From Candidatus Uhrbacteria bacterium (GTDB lineage Bacteria > Patescibacteriota > Patescibacteriia > UBA9934 > GWF2-40-263): a stretch of DNA of 64,000 bases. This document shows, piece by piece, positions 48,618 through 56,682 of the stretch. Made by a program: the position numbers and the translations under genes. How positions within the stretch are numbered: the stretch's first letter is position 1; every line of letters starts with the position of its first letter. The stretch covers positions 81,527 to 145,526 of the forward strand of contig JAPLZK010000001.1 of assembly GCA_026395055.1 (NCBI GenBank), given 5' to 3'. Under the pieces are notes generated by a model, which made no database searches, was not told the DNA's origin, and saw only the letters and a program-made list of their open reading frames with translations.

Positions 48618-48887
48618 ATGCGCCGATGGATCTTTGTCGCGATGATCGCTTTGTGTGCTATTGCATGTGAAAAGAAAGTTGAAGGAAAAGAAGAAGACAA
48701 TGTCTCGGGAAATGTCTATCACGTCACATGTTTCTCGGCCGGTCAGGTTGTCTATGAAGGTGATTGGAAATACTCCACTGGCGATGGTTGGGATTACATT
48801 GATGTGAAAACAAAACTGAAATTTCGTTTAAGAGATCACAACGACTGCTACTGGACCAACGCCCCTTTTTACAAAGTAAATCGCTAG
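48618..48887 (+). CDS. Small putative lipoprotein, paralog of the upstream gene
   Basis: SD GGAGGA; MRRWIFVAMIALCAIAC; TCFSAGQVVYEG...DC. Confidence 0.7.
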   Translation: MRRWIFVAMIALCAIACEKKVEGKEEDNVSGNVYHVTCFSAGQVVYEGDWKYSTGDGWDYIDVKTKLKFRLRDHNDCYWTNAPFYKVNR

Positions 48888-48976
48888 CGCTTATCACCCA
48901 CTCGGGTGATTTTTTGTACTTGTTCCCTCCTTCATGAAGGAGGGGTTAGGGGTGGTTGTTTAGAAAAAAAATCGAT

Positions 48977-49318
48977 CTATTTTTTAGATCGATCAGGTGG
49001 AGGTGTTCGCGTTGCCCATGCGTCGAGGAATTCTTTGATGTCTGCTTCTGTCATGTCGCACGCGGCCGCAAGGCGCATGACGTCGAGGAGAAGTTTTCCA
49101 ACGCGTTGTTGCATGACATCCGTGTTGATGACGGAACCGTGATCAATCATTTCAAGTTGCGAAGCGATGCGGCCGGTAGATGTGATGACATGAAACAGAG
49201 TATGCGCACGCTCAAGACGTTTTTTCCCCGTATCGTCGAGCACTTGCATTTCGGGATATTCTTTTTCCGTGCAGGGATATCGTTCCGTAACGAGTCGGAG
49301 AAGAGCTTCAATGTGCAT
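48977..49318 (-). CDS. Small helical protein, MazG-like fold suspected (copy 1)
   Basis: YPCTEKEY...RLERAHTLFH...GRI...E..DHG; clear paralog of 51928..52269. The fold is inference. Confidence 0.6.
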   Translation of the reverse strand: MHIEALLRLVTERYPCTEKEYPEMQVLDDTGKKRLERAHTLFHVITSTGRIASQLEMIDHGSVINTDVMQQRVGKLLLDVMRLAAACDMTEADIKEFLDAWATRTPPPDRSKK

Positions 49319-49422
49319 GGTAAACCTCGAAGTGTGGGAAGAGATTAGCATGAGATTTTGTGTTTTACAATGAGATAAAAAGAAAAACCCCGCATGCGTG
49401 TGTATGCGGGGGAAGAAAGGTT

Positions 49423-49839
49423 TTACGCATCAGAATTGGATCCGCAGTCCTCCATCCTATTCATATTTTGCCGAATGGATGGTTCGTATCCATGAAATTC
49501 TCTTCGCACGGGATCCCAAGTCAGACTCAACCCGGTGGGCGGAAGTTTTCTCTCATGCTCCGAACCTTTATAGATTGCTCGTGTCTCTTTTTCTGTCAGG
49601 TGTCTCCAGACGAAATTATCCTCTGGCCCATTGAGTCCCGTGGCACGGATAGAGGAGCCGTCTTTCATGACAAACGTATAGCAGAACTGCACACCGAACT
49701 GCACGATGCTTTCGGCACGAAAATCAGTGATGATGACGTAGCCCGGCCATTCTTTGAATATGGTCAGTCGTCCGTTAAAGTCACATCCAACTTTATGGTG
49801 AATGAACATCGAAAGCCTTTCCGTCGCTTTGTGCCACAT
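49423..49839 (-). CDS. Hypothetical protein (array gene 3)
   Basis: 138 aa, SD AAGGAG; followed by a terminator at ~49383-49412. Confidence 0.7.
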   Translation of the reverse strand: MWHKATERLSMFIHHKVGCDFNGRLTIFKEWPGYVIITDFRAESIVQFGVQFCYTFVMKDGSSIRATGLNGPEDNFVWRHLTEKETRAIYKGSEHERKLPPTGLSLTWDPVRREFHGYEPSIRQNMNRMEDCGSNSDA

Positions 49840-49865
49840 GAGATCTCCTTTGAATTCGAATGCGT

Positions 49866-49935
49866 ATTTCCCGTTCTCGTCCGACCATCACTTGATCGTC
49901 CGAGGTTGGGGCCCGTCGAGAGTGAATCGACGGGC
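49866..49935 (-). repeat. Conserved intergenic two-hairpin element, copy 1
   Basis: About 63 of 72 aligned positions identical to copy 2 (hand alignment). Confidence 0.9.
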
Positions 49936-49958
49936 AGGTTGAAGAGAGGAATAAGGAA

Positions 49959-50408
49959 CTACTTCCGTCGCCCACGCCTTGGCGCAATCGCGCGTTCACG
50001 ATCAGATCCCCACTCGTTGCGGGTGACTTCGGGGACTTGGGTCGGTTCCGGTTCCACCTGAACGTCCACAAGTGTCTGCAGAAGTTCGTCGAATTTATGC
50101 AGCTCATTCTCGGTTGCTTCGAGATTGTTCTGCGCGCGCTCGACCTTTGCCTTGTAGTAGGCAATGCTGACGATGCTGCCCTCGCGCGCTTGGTTGAGGA
50201 TTAACTTGGCCTCTCCTGCCGTGACCTCCGGAATTTCCGGATAGGTATCATCGTGCACGGTGAACCAGCGACCGTCGATATGCTGAATGAGGGCGAACTC
50301 TGGCCCCATGTGCGCCACGATCCGATAGTCGGGATCATTGAGCGGATCCCCTTTCTTGATTTCCTGTTTGTGGGCGGACGTATGAAAATCATGCCAATAC
50401 TTCTGCAT
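49959..50408 (-). CDS. Hypothetical protein with a C-terminal coiled coil (array gene 2)
   Basis: Start MQKYW after AAGGAG; 149 aa. Confidence 0.7.
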   Translation of the reverse strand: MQKYWHDFHTSAHKQEIKKGDPLNDPDYRIVAHMGPEFALIQHIDGRWFTVHDDTYPEIPEVTAGEAKLILNQAREGSIVSIAYYKAKVERAQNNLEATENELHKFDELLQTLVDVQVEPEPTQVPEVTRNEWGSDRERAIAPRRGRRK

Positions 50409-50435
50409 GGGAACTCCTTCTCGATCTTGGGAATC

Positions 50436-50507
50436 ATTTCCCGTTCTCGAACGACCAGTCAATCTGATCATCCAAGGTTGGGGCCCGTCGAATGTGAATC
50501 GACGGGC
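50436..50507 (-). repeat. Conserved intergenic two-hairpin element, copy 2
   Basis: GCCCGTCGA-ttcacat-TCGACGGGC-CCCAACCTTGGATGATCAG-attga-CTGGTCGTTCGAGAACGGGAAAT (minus strand). Confidence 0.9.
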
Positions 50508-50520
50508 GAGTTTGTGTGGG

Positions 50521-50850
50521 CTAAAGACCGACGTTGACAGCGAAGAGTCGTTCGAGTCGAACGCATATGCCAAGAGCTTTTACTTTGTATTCCGGGTGCT
50601 CCTCCTTGAGCAAGTCACAAATTTCTTTGAAGTTGTGATTGGTCCACACAGAAATCTCTTTTTCTGCGTGCCTAATAATGAGTGTCCCCTCACACAGGCC
50701 TCTACCGGTCATTCCTGGACTATTCAACACTCCCATGAACATCAACCAGACATTCATTCGAGCATTTCCGGCGCGCAGAAGGAGTCCTTTGTTGGTTTCG
50801 ATGAGAATGAACTCTTGATGCACACTGTCAGCGATCAAAACCTTTTTCAT
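50521..50850 (-). CDS. Hypothetical protein (array gene 1)
   Basis: 109 aa, SD AGGAG. Confidence 0.7.
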   Translation of the reverse strand: MKKVLIADSVHQEFILIETNKGLLLRAGNARMNVWLMFMGVLNSPGMTGRGLCEGTLIIRHAEKEISVWTNHNFKEICDLLKEEHPEYKVKALGICVRLERLFAVNVGL

Positions 50851-51028
50851 GATGAGCTCCTATTTCTGTGAAAGGTGCGAAAAAACCGGTTCTCGGATAG
50901 ATCTAATGAGAGTTCTATGCGAAAACCGGTTTTACAATCTTTTGGGCGCGGATTGTTCGCGTTCTCTCCTTTCCCGATAGTTGAGATGAGCTCGTTTGTT
51001 GATTCCCCGTTCTGATCTTGATGAACCA

Positions 51029-51057
51029 AGTTTATCAGTTTTTTGCAAAATTGTCAA
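51029..51057 (-). promoter_or_regulatory. sigma70 promoter of the three-gene array
   Basis: TTGACA-17 bp-TAAACT with extended -10 TGn. Confidence 0.65.
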
Positions 51058-51136
51058 TTTATAATGTACAGAATGAGCAATATTTTTGAGTAATTAACAT
51101 ATAAAATTGACAACTTAGCATAAAAATAGCATAATA

Positions 51137-51160
51137 ATGTTGTACATAATTACACAACAT
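51137..51160. promoter_or_regulatory. Palindromic operator candidate
   Basis: ATGTTGT-N10-ACAACAT between the CATAAT -10 box and the TrmB ATG. Confidence 0.5.
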
Positions 51161-51904
51161 ATGTTGATCGATGAGCTTAAATCTCTTGGATTGTCGGATC
51201 AGGAGGCTTCTGTGTATCTTGCTTGTGCCGAGATGGGGTCTTCCACCGTTCTTGAAATTGCTAAGAAAACGAAAACGCACAGAACAACTGTGTATCACAC
51301 AGTTCAAGGTTTACTCGAGAAAAAGCTGTTCTCGGAATCTGTTCGTGGGAAACGCCGTGTGTTTGTTCCGGAAGGTGCGGATGCGTTTAAGAAGATGCTA
51401 CAAAGCAAGCTTGCACGTGTGGACGGGATCGCAGGTGAGCTCTTGGCTTTGACGAAAGAAAGCACGATGAAACCCATCGTAAAATTTCATGTTGGGGTTG
51501 AAAGTATTAAAGATACGATCCGTACATCGGTGTTGGATGTAAAAGAAAAATTCCAATATGGAATTTTTACTGTGGAAGAAATGATGAGCTCACATGGATT
51601 GAAAGAATTTTTCTTGGGAGAATATAGTGCACTTCGTGAAAAGAATGGATTGTTTGCAAAAATTATTGTCGCGGATACGGAAGATGGAAAAGCGTACAAG
51701 AGTTTGGATAAAGAAAAATTTCGCGAAACAAAACTCCTTCCCGCATCCAGCTACCATTTCCCCACAGAGGTGATGATCTCCGGAGATGTTGTGTTGTTAT
51801 TTGTGATTTCAGAAAAAGAACAATTTATTATTTCCGTCGAGAGTGCTGCGATCGCGATGACGTTTAAGATGATTTTTAATGCGGTGTGGACATTGGGGTA
51901 TTAA
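51161..51904 (+). CDS. TrmB-family transcriptional regulator (3 of 3)
   Basis: LGLSDQEASVYLACAEMG...HRTTVYHTVQGL; FHVG linker. Confidence 0.9.
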   Translation: MLIDELKSLGLSDQEASVYLACAEMGSSTVLEIAKKTKTHRTTVYHTVQGLLEKKLFSESVRGKRRVFVPEGADAFKKMLQSKLARVDGIAGELLALTKESTMKPIVKFHVGVESIKDTIRTSVLDVKEKFQYGIFTVEEMMSSHGLKEFFLGEYSALREKNGLFAKIIVADTEDGKAYKSLDKEKFRETKLLPASSYHFPTEVMISGDVVLLFVISEKEQFIISVESAAIAMTFKMIFNAVWTLGY

Positions 51905-51927
51905 AAAATCGATCTAGAACAGATCGA

Positions 51928-52269
51928 TTACGTTTTATCAGATTGTTCCTGTGCGCGACGTGTGCTCCATTCGGTGAAGAAATTTTCTAGTTCTCCTGGA
52001 GTGATATCGCACGCTGTTGCAATACGCGCCAAGTTCATGAACATGGTTCCAATCGCTTTGCGCAATGCTTCGTGGTCGAGCGGTGCGCCGTGGTCATGTG
52101 ATTCGAGTGCGTCTGACAATCGCCCGATCGCTTTTAGATGATGCAAAAGCGTATGGTGGCGTTCAAGTCGTTTGCGTTCTGCCTTCGATTTACCTTTCAT
52201 GGGCGAATATTCAATTTCCGTGCATGGCCAAAGATTTTGAACGAGTTTCATGAGAGATGCAATGAGCAT
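51928..52269 (-). CDS. Small helical protein, MazG-like fold suspected (copy 2)
   Basis: WPCTEIEY...RLERHHTLLH...GRL...E..DHG; SD GGAGG. Confidence 0.6.
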   Translation of the reverse strand: MLIASLMKLVQNLWPCTEIEYSPMKGKSKAERKRLERHHTLLHHLKAIGRLSDALESHDHGAPLDHEALRKAIGTMFMNLARIATACDITPGELENFFTEWSTRRAQEQSDKT

Positions 52270-52362
52270 GGATTCCTCCGTAATGTGTGAAGAGATTAGC
52301 ATGTGGGTTATTGATTGGCAATCGTTTAGAAAAATCGACCCATCTCTGGATCGATTAGGTGA

Positions 52363-52899
52363 TTATGGACAAGCTCCCCAAAGGCCGAGCTTGTTTTTCT
52401 TTGCGACTTTTTGGTCTGCGCGAAATTCTGTCTGGTACGCATATGGATGTTTGTATGTGTATTCATGTGCATATCCGTCACGCACCAGAGATTCGTTCAC
52501 GTTCTCGTTTCCAAGAAAAACAAAGCGCAATTCACGATGATATTTATCTTCGTTGTCTTGCGATGGATCTGCTTCTAGACGCACGATTTTATCCGTTAGT
52601 AATTCCTTTGTGCGCTTTGAAGCTTCCGGTCCGAAACACTCGACAGGCGAATTTGGTTTCACGGTTTCTGGGGTGTTGATTCCAATCAAGCGAATGGTGT
52701 GAGGTGCGTGATCAATGGCAACAACAATGGTATCACCATCTACTACACGAATCACACGAAAATCATCCGTGGTTTTTGCGACGAGTTTATCTGCGGGATG
52801 ATGCACGTTTTTATTTGCGTGTGGATACACCAACCATCCGCCGTAAACGACTGCGGCAAGAATGAAAAGAGCGATGACAGCTTTGAGTTTTCTGATCAT
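52363..52899 (-). CDS. Thermonuclease (SNase) family protein, membrane-anchored or secreted
   Basis: RVVDGDTI, IRLIGINTPE, DKYHR.L, GLW. Confidence 0.93.
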   Translation of the reverse strand: MIRKLKAVIALFILAAVVYGGWLVYPHANKNVHHPADKLVAKTTDDFRVIRVVDGDTIVVAIDHAPHTIRLIGINTPETVKPNSPVECFGPEASKRTKELLTDKIVRLEADPSQDNEDKYHRELRFVFLGNENVNESLVRDGYAHEYTYKHPYAYQTEFRADQKVAKKNKLGLWGACP

Positions 52900-53002
52900 A
52901 AATTCCTCCGATAAGAAAACTCCCACTCAAGATGAGTTAGGAGTTCTTCTAAAAATAGATTCTCACAAAATTTTGTGTTTGTCAACGGTGTGGTGTGGGT
53001 AA

Positions 53003-53040
53003 AATAAAATCCGTCTCGCAGTTGCGGGACGGATTTTATT
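53003..53040 (-). terminator. Intrinsic terminator after rpsT
   Basis: AATAAAATCCGTCTCGCA/TGCGGGACGGATTTTATT long stem. Confidence 0.75.
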
Positions 53041-53310
53041 TTATTTTGCTTTGAGTGCGTTCACCTTTTTGGCGAGACGAGACTTCAAGCGTGCGGCGGT
53101 ATTTTTTTTGATGATATTTTTTCCGACCGCTTTATCAAACTTCTTGCTCACGAGCTTTGCAACTTCTGTTGCTTCTGCAACGAGTTTTGCATCAATCATT
53201 TTGCGAAGCTTTACTCGAAGAGATTTGATTTCTGCGTTGACCACTTTTACGTGTTGCGTGCGCTTTTCTGATTTACGGACGGCCTTCTTGGCGTTTTCTT
53301 TGTTTGGCAT
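53041..53310 (-). CDS. rpsT: 30S ribosomal protein S20
   Basis: MPNKENAKKAVRKSEKR...DKAVGKNIIKKNTAARLKSRL. Confidence 0.96.
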   Translation of the reverse strand: MPNKENAKKAVRKSEKRTQHVKVVNAEIKSLRVKLRKMIDAKLVAEATEVAKLVSKKFDKAVGKNIIKKNTAARLKSRLAKKVNALKAK

Positions 53311-53418
53311 AGTGTAATAAATAATTTTTTGGGCAAGATGGAAAGGTTATATCCTCCTTTGCATCTATCACATTCCGTGAGAGCGATACGGATTGGTCGA
53401 AGTTTATGGGAAAAGTCC

Positions 53419-54531
53419 CTATTCGTCAAGCATTTGGCTCCCCTGCTCGATTTCGATTGGTTCAAGGAGTTTTCCAGCTGTGCCCTGGGTAATGCGGAAC
53501 ACGTCTTTATCCACTTTCTTTAGTTCGCCTGACGATGCGTTAAAGGCTCTTACAGTCGTTTCGAGGTTCTTTCCAAGCTTATTGTGATAATCCTCGTACG
53601 CCTTCATGTGCTTCACAAGCGCTTCGGCTTGCAGTTGGATATCTTTCACAGAATCCTCGATTTGGAGCGCTTTTAATCCAAGAATAACGGTTTGAAGGTA
53701 AGCAAAGAAAGAAGTTGGGGCGACGATCATGACGCCTTTTTCGAAGGCGTATTCGATGAGATTTCGTGTATTCACCTTTACGGCACCCACGCTTGAGTTG
53801 ATCAGGTTGTGATAAACACCTTCTGCAGGAATAAACATGAATGCGAAATTTGTTGTTCCTTTATCGGGTCGAATATATTTGGAGGTTTCATCAATGCGCT
53901 TCTTTACATCGGATTTAAAATCTTTTTCTAATTGATCTCGCAGGGCTGCATCCTGTTCATTTGAAATTTTGTTGTAATTTTCAAGAGAAAATTTGGAATC
54001 AATCGGAATGAGCATGTCCTTTACATGGATCACTGCATCCGGGATAAGTTTTTGTCCGGTCGTTTCATCGATCCCAAGATCAAATTGCATTTCATATTGT
54101 CCTGGCGCAAGAACTTGTCCGAGTAATGACTCGAGCCAATATTCCCCAAGGATTCCACGGTGTTTTGGGTTTTTTAAAATATTTTCAAGACTCTGAAGTT
54201 GTGTTGAAAATCCAAGCACCTGCTTATTTGTCTCGTCGAGTTTTGTAAGTTTTTCTGTAACATCACGAATGATTCCGGAAGTATTTTGAAAATTTTTTTG
54301 TAGGGTTGAGGAGGATTCTGTGAGATTTTTCATCATGCGATCAGACATGAGGTCGAGTCGATCTGCAACTTCACGACGTTGATTGTTGGTCGTTTCTTGA
54401 AGTTCCTTACGAAGTTCTGAAAGAGTTTGTTGGAAAGAGGATTGATCAAATGATCCCGTTGGTTTTTTTGTGTAAAGGATGAAAGCAATCGCAAGAAGCA
54501 AGATAAGGATAATAATTTCTACGGGGGTCAT
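53419..54531 (-). CDS. rmuC: DNA recombination protein RmuC
   Basis: N-terminal TM and coiled coil; RGILGE..L, PDAVI, IDSKF, KYI.P..TT.FAFMFIPAE. Confidence 0.93.
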   Translation of the reverse strand: MTPVEIIILILLLAIAFILYTKKPTGSFDQSSFQQTLSELRKELQETTNNQRREVADRLDLMSDRMMKNLTESSSTLQKNFQNTSGIIRDVTEKLTKLDETNKQVLGFSTQLQSLENILKNPKHRGILGEYWLESLLGQVLAPGQYEMQFDLGIDETTGQKLIPDAVIHVKDMLIPIDSKFSLENYNKISNEQDAALRDQLEKDFKSDVKKRIDETSKYIRPDKGTTNFAFMFIPAEGVYHNLINSSVGAVKVNTRNLIEYAFEKGVMIVAPTSFFAYLQTVILGLKALQIEDSVKDIQLQAEALVKHMKAYEDYHNKLGKNLETTVRAFNASSGELKKVDKDVFRITQGTAGKLLEPIEIEQGSQMLDE

Positions 54532-54651
54532 ATGCTTTACGATGAATGTTAAAGAAACGTATAATGTTCGCGGTTCATTATAGCATGTGCAGAATAAAAG
54601 CCTATGCATTTTACGACGCTTATGTATTGAATCGCAAAATCTTTGCGTTTT

Positions 54652-54727
54652 GTCCTCGTAGCATAATTGGATAGTGCTGTAGCGTCCTAAGCTATAGATG
54701 GGGGTTCGATTCCCTCCGGGGACACCA
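54652..54727 (+). tRNA. tRNA-Arg(CCT)
   Basis: GTCCTCG...CGGGGAC-A-CCA, anticodon arm GTAGC-GTCCTAA-GCTAT, T-loop TTCGATT. Confidence 0.92.
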
Positions 54728-54760
54728 ATTCATTTTATCGTGAGCTGGATGCTCCAAGGT

Positions 54761-54776
54761 TTTTTCACGTGAAACA
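54761..54776. promoter_or_regulatory. parS-like site
   Basis: TTTTTCACGTGAAACA, 15 of 16 matching the consensus TGTTTCACGTGAAACA. Confidence 0.7.
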
Positions 54777-54780
54777 TTTT

Positions 54781-55425
54781 ATGAAATTACCACCAGACAC
54801 AAAAGTAGTTTTATTCGATATGGATGGAGTAATTTTTAATACAGAAGATTTGGCTCACAATGTATTTGCAGAATTAGCACAAAATTTTGGAAAAATATTT
54901 GAAGAAGCAGACCATAAAACTATTTTAGGGACATCTCAAGACAACTGGAGCCAGTATTTTGTTACTAAGTGGGATTTAAACACGTCTTTTAATGAATTTG
55001 CCTCACTGTTTTGGCAAACATTAAAAAAAGAAACGCTTATTCATTCAAAACTTCTTCCTGGGTTTCAAGAGTGTATTCATAAGGTGCGAAAAAATGGTTT
55101 GCGTACAGCTCTTGTAACAAGCACGCCTATAACGAGCGTAGATCCTTTGTTGGAAAAATTCGAATTGCGAGAATTGTTTGATGTGGTTGTTACTGGTGAT
55201 GAAATTATTCATGGGAAACCAGATCCAGAGCCGTATTTATTAGCCATGAAGAGATTGAATCTTAAATCGAATGAATGTGTTGTGATAGAAGATGCTCTTG
55301 GCGGAGTAAAATCAGCTAAGTCTGCGGGGTGTTACGTGATTGCGGTTCCAACGACACATGCGTTAGGTCTTGATTATTCAGAAGCGGATTGCATTTTGAG
55401 AACTCTTAAGGAAATTGATGTCTGA
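54781..55425 (+). CDS. HAD-superfamily phosphatase (beta-PGM/CbbY-like)
   Basis: FDMDG, VTS, GKPDPEPY, IEDA..G; visibly AT-rich coding sequence. Confidence 0.92.
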   Translation: MKLPPDTKVVLFDMDGVIFNTEDLAHNVFAELAQNFGKIFEEADHKTILGTSQDNWSQYFVTKWDLNTSFNEFASLFWQTLKKETLIHSKLLPGFQECIHKVRKNGLRTALVTSTPITSVDPLLEKFELRELFDVVVTGDEIIHGKPDPEPYLLAMKRLNLKSNECVVIEDALGGVKSAKSAGCYVIAVPTTHALGLDYSEADCILRTLKEIDV

Positions 55426-55531
55426 GGTTTCTCGACAAGTTCATAAGGAGGATATTTGTGGTCATATCGGTTGTGGTAAAAAGGGGATTAGAAGGAAACA
55501 AAAAAGCACTTGTTCAAATCAAGCGCTTTTT

Positions 55532-55547
55532 TGTTTCACATGAAACT
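55532..55547. promoter_or_regulatory. parS-like site
   Basis: TGTTTCACATGAAACT, 14 of 16 matching the consensus. Confidence 0.55.
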
Positions 55548-55558
55548 TTACCGATCAT

Positions 55559-55621
55559 TATTCACTTAATAAGTATGGTTTGTCCACAATAGCATAGACA
55601 AAAATGACAAATTGTGGATAA
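55559..55621. promoter_or_regulatory. DnaA boxes followed by an AT-rich tract
   Basis: TTGTCCACA at 55580-55588, perfect reverse box TGTGGATAA at 55613-55621, weak TTATTCACT at 55559-55567. Confidence 0.55.
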
Positions 55622-55751
55622 CTCTGAAAAAAGCCAATAAAACTGCAATTTTGAAAAATATTTTGTGTAAAAAAATAAGCAAGATCTATTTTTTTATCTA
55701 AATTTAGTACAAATATAGCTTGACTACATTTGTTATTCATGATACAATGAT

Positions 55752-56681
55752 ATGCGTAAAGGTAATGATATGAGCAAGCTAGTTGCCGCCTTTGTTCTTG
55801 TGGGGTTTTTTCTATACACCAACCCTGTAATGGCAGAGATGACATCCACAAACTATCAAATCCGATGGGACTCCTTAACAGAGGGGGGTTCTGATACGTC
55901 TGTATCAGAAAACTATGGAATTCATGATTCGGTTGGTGGGGCCGCTCAAGGAAACTCGACGAGTGCCAACTATCAAACAGATAGTGGATACCGTCTTGGC
56001 GCCTTTGACCAGGTCATTACATTTGATCCCCTTCTCGAAGACTCATCCGCCGGCGTTTCTGTGACCTCACGTAGTGGTACGACCGTCTTTACCGCACAAA
56101 CAGCCGGGCTATCTACAGGTGAAGCTGTTGTCTTGGTTCAAGATCACGGTGTGGCACAGATTTCTGCAATAGGAAAAATTACAAGTATCTCTTCTGGAGT
56201 CTCTATCGTAGTAGATTCATGGTCTGATAATGGAACAACTCCCACGATCGACGGAATAAATGACTTCCTTTATCCAATGAACAGTTCATCTATTACGCTC
56301 GGAGAATTGAGTAAAACATCGGTCGTAACAGCTGTTATTGGTTATGAGGTGACTGCAGATCTAGATAATGGTTACTCAGTTCAGGTGATGGCAGATGGTG
56401 GATTAACAACTGGGTCACATACAATTACAGATGTTTCAGACGGGTCTGTTACTGCAACCTCTGAAGAATATGGAGGAAGATCATCTGATACAAGTATTGC
56501 GACTTCAACGTTTGATACACAAGACACGGCATTTTCAACATCGTTTCAAGATATAACAACAGAATCAACCGCAAAATATAAAGATAGGCACTTCCTTACG
56601 CTCAAAGCAGCTGCGTCTGACACAACTCCAAGTGGAAATTATTCACAGGCACTTACAATCGTTGCGTCAGGTAACTTCTAA
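55752..56681 (+). CDS. Secreted S/T-rich surface protein with a WxL-like C-terminal strand
   Basis: Signal peptide; MTSTNYQI..DS..EGG start; ends SGNYSQALTIVASGNF. Alternative start at 55770. Confidence 0.75.
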   Translation: MRKGNDMSKLVAAFVLVGFFLYTNPVMAEMTSTNYQIRWDSLTEGGSDTSVSENYGIHDSVGGAAQGNSTSANYQTDSGYRLGAFDQVITFDPLLEDSSAGVSVTSRSGTTVFTAQTAGLSTGEAVVLVQDHGVAQISAIGKITSISSGVSIVVDSWSDNGTTPTIDGINDFLYPMNSSSITLGELSKTSVVTAVIGYEVTADLDNGYSVQVMADGGLTTGSHTITDVSDGSVTATSEEYGGRSSDTSIATSTFDTQDTAFSTSFQDITTESTAKYKDRHFLTLKAAASDTTPSGNYSQALTIVASGNF

Positions 56682-56682
56682 T

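Noticed and set aside
49866-50507. CRISPR array or integron attC sites
   Set aside because: The repeats are ~70 nt separated by a whole gene, there are no cas genes, no RYYYAAC...GTTRRRY ends and no IntI nearby.
11181-52356. Recurrent AAAAATCGA...TCGAT hairpins (11181, 48971, 51907, 52333) as a mobile repeat family
   Set aside because: All sit at the 3' ends of minus-strand genes with a T-tail, so ordinary intrinsic terminators explain them.
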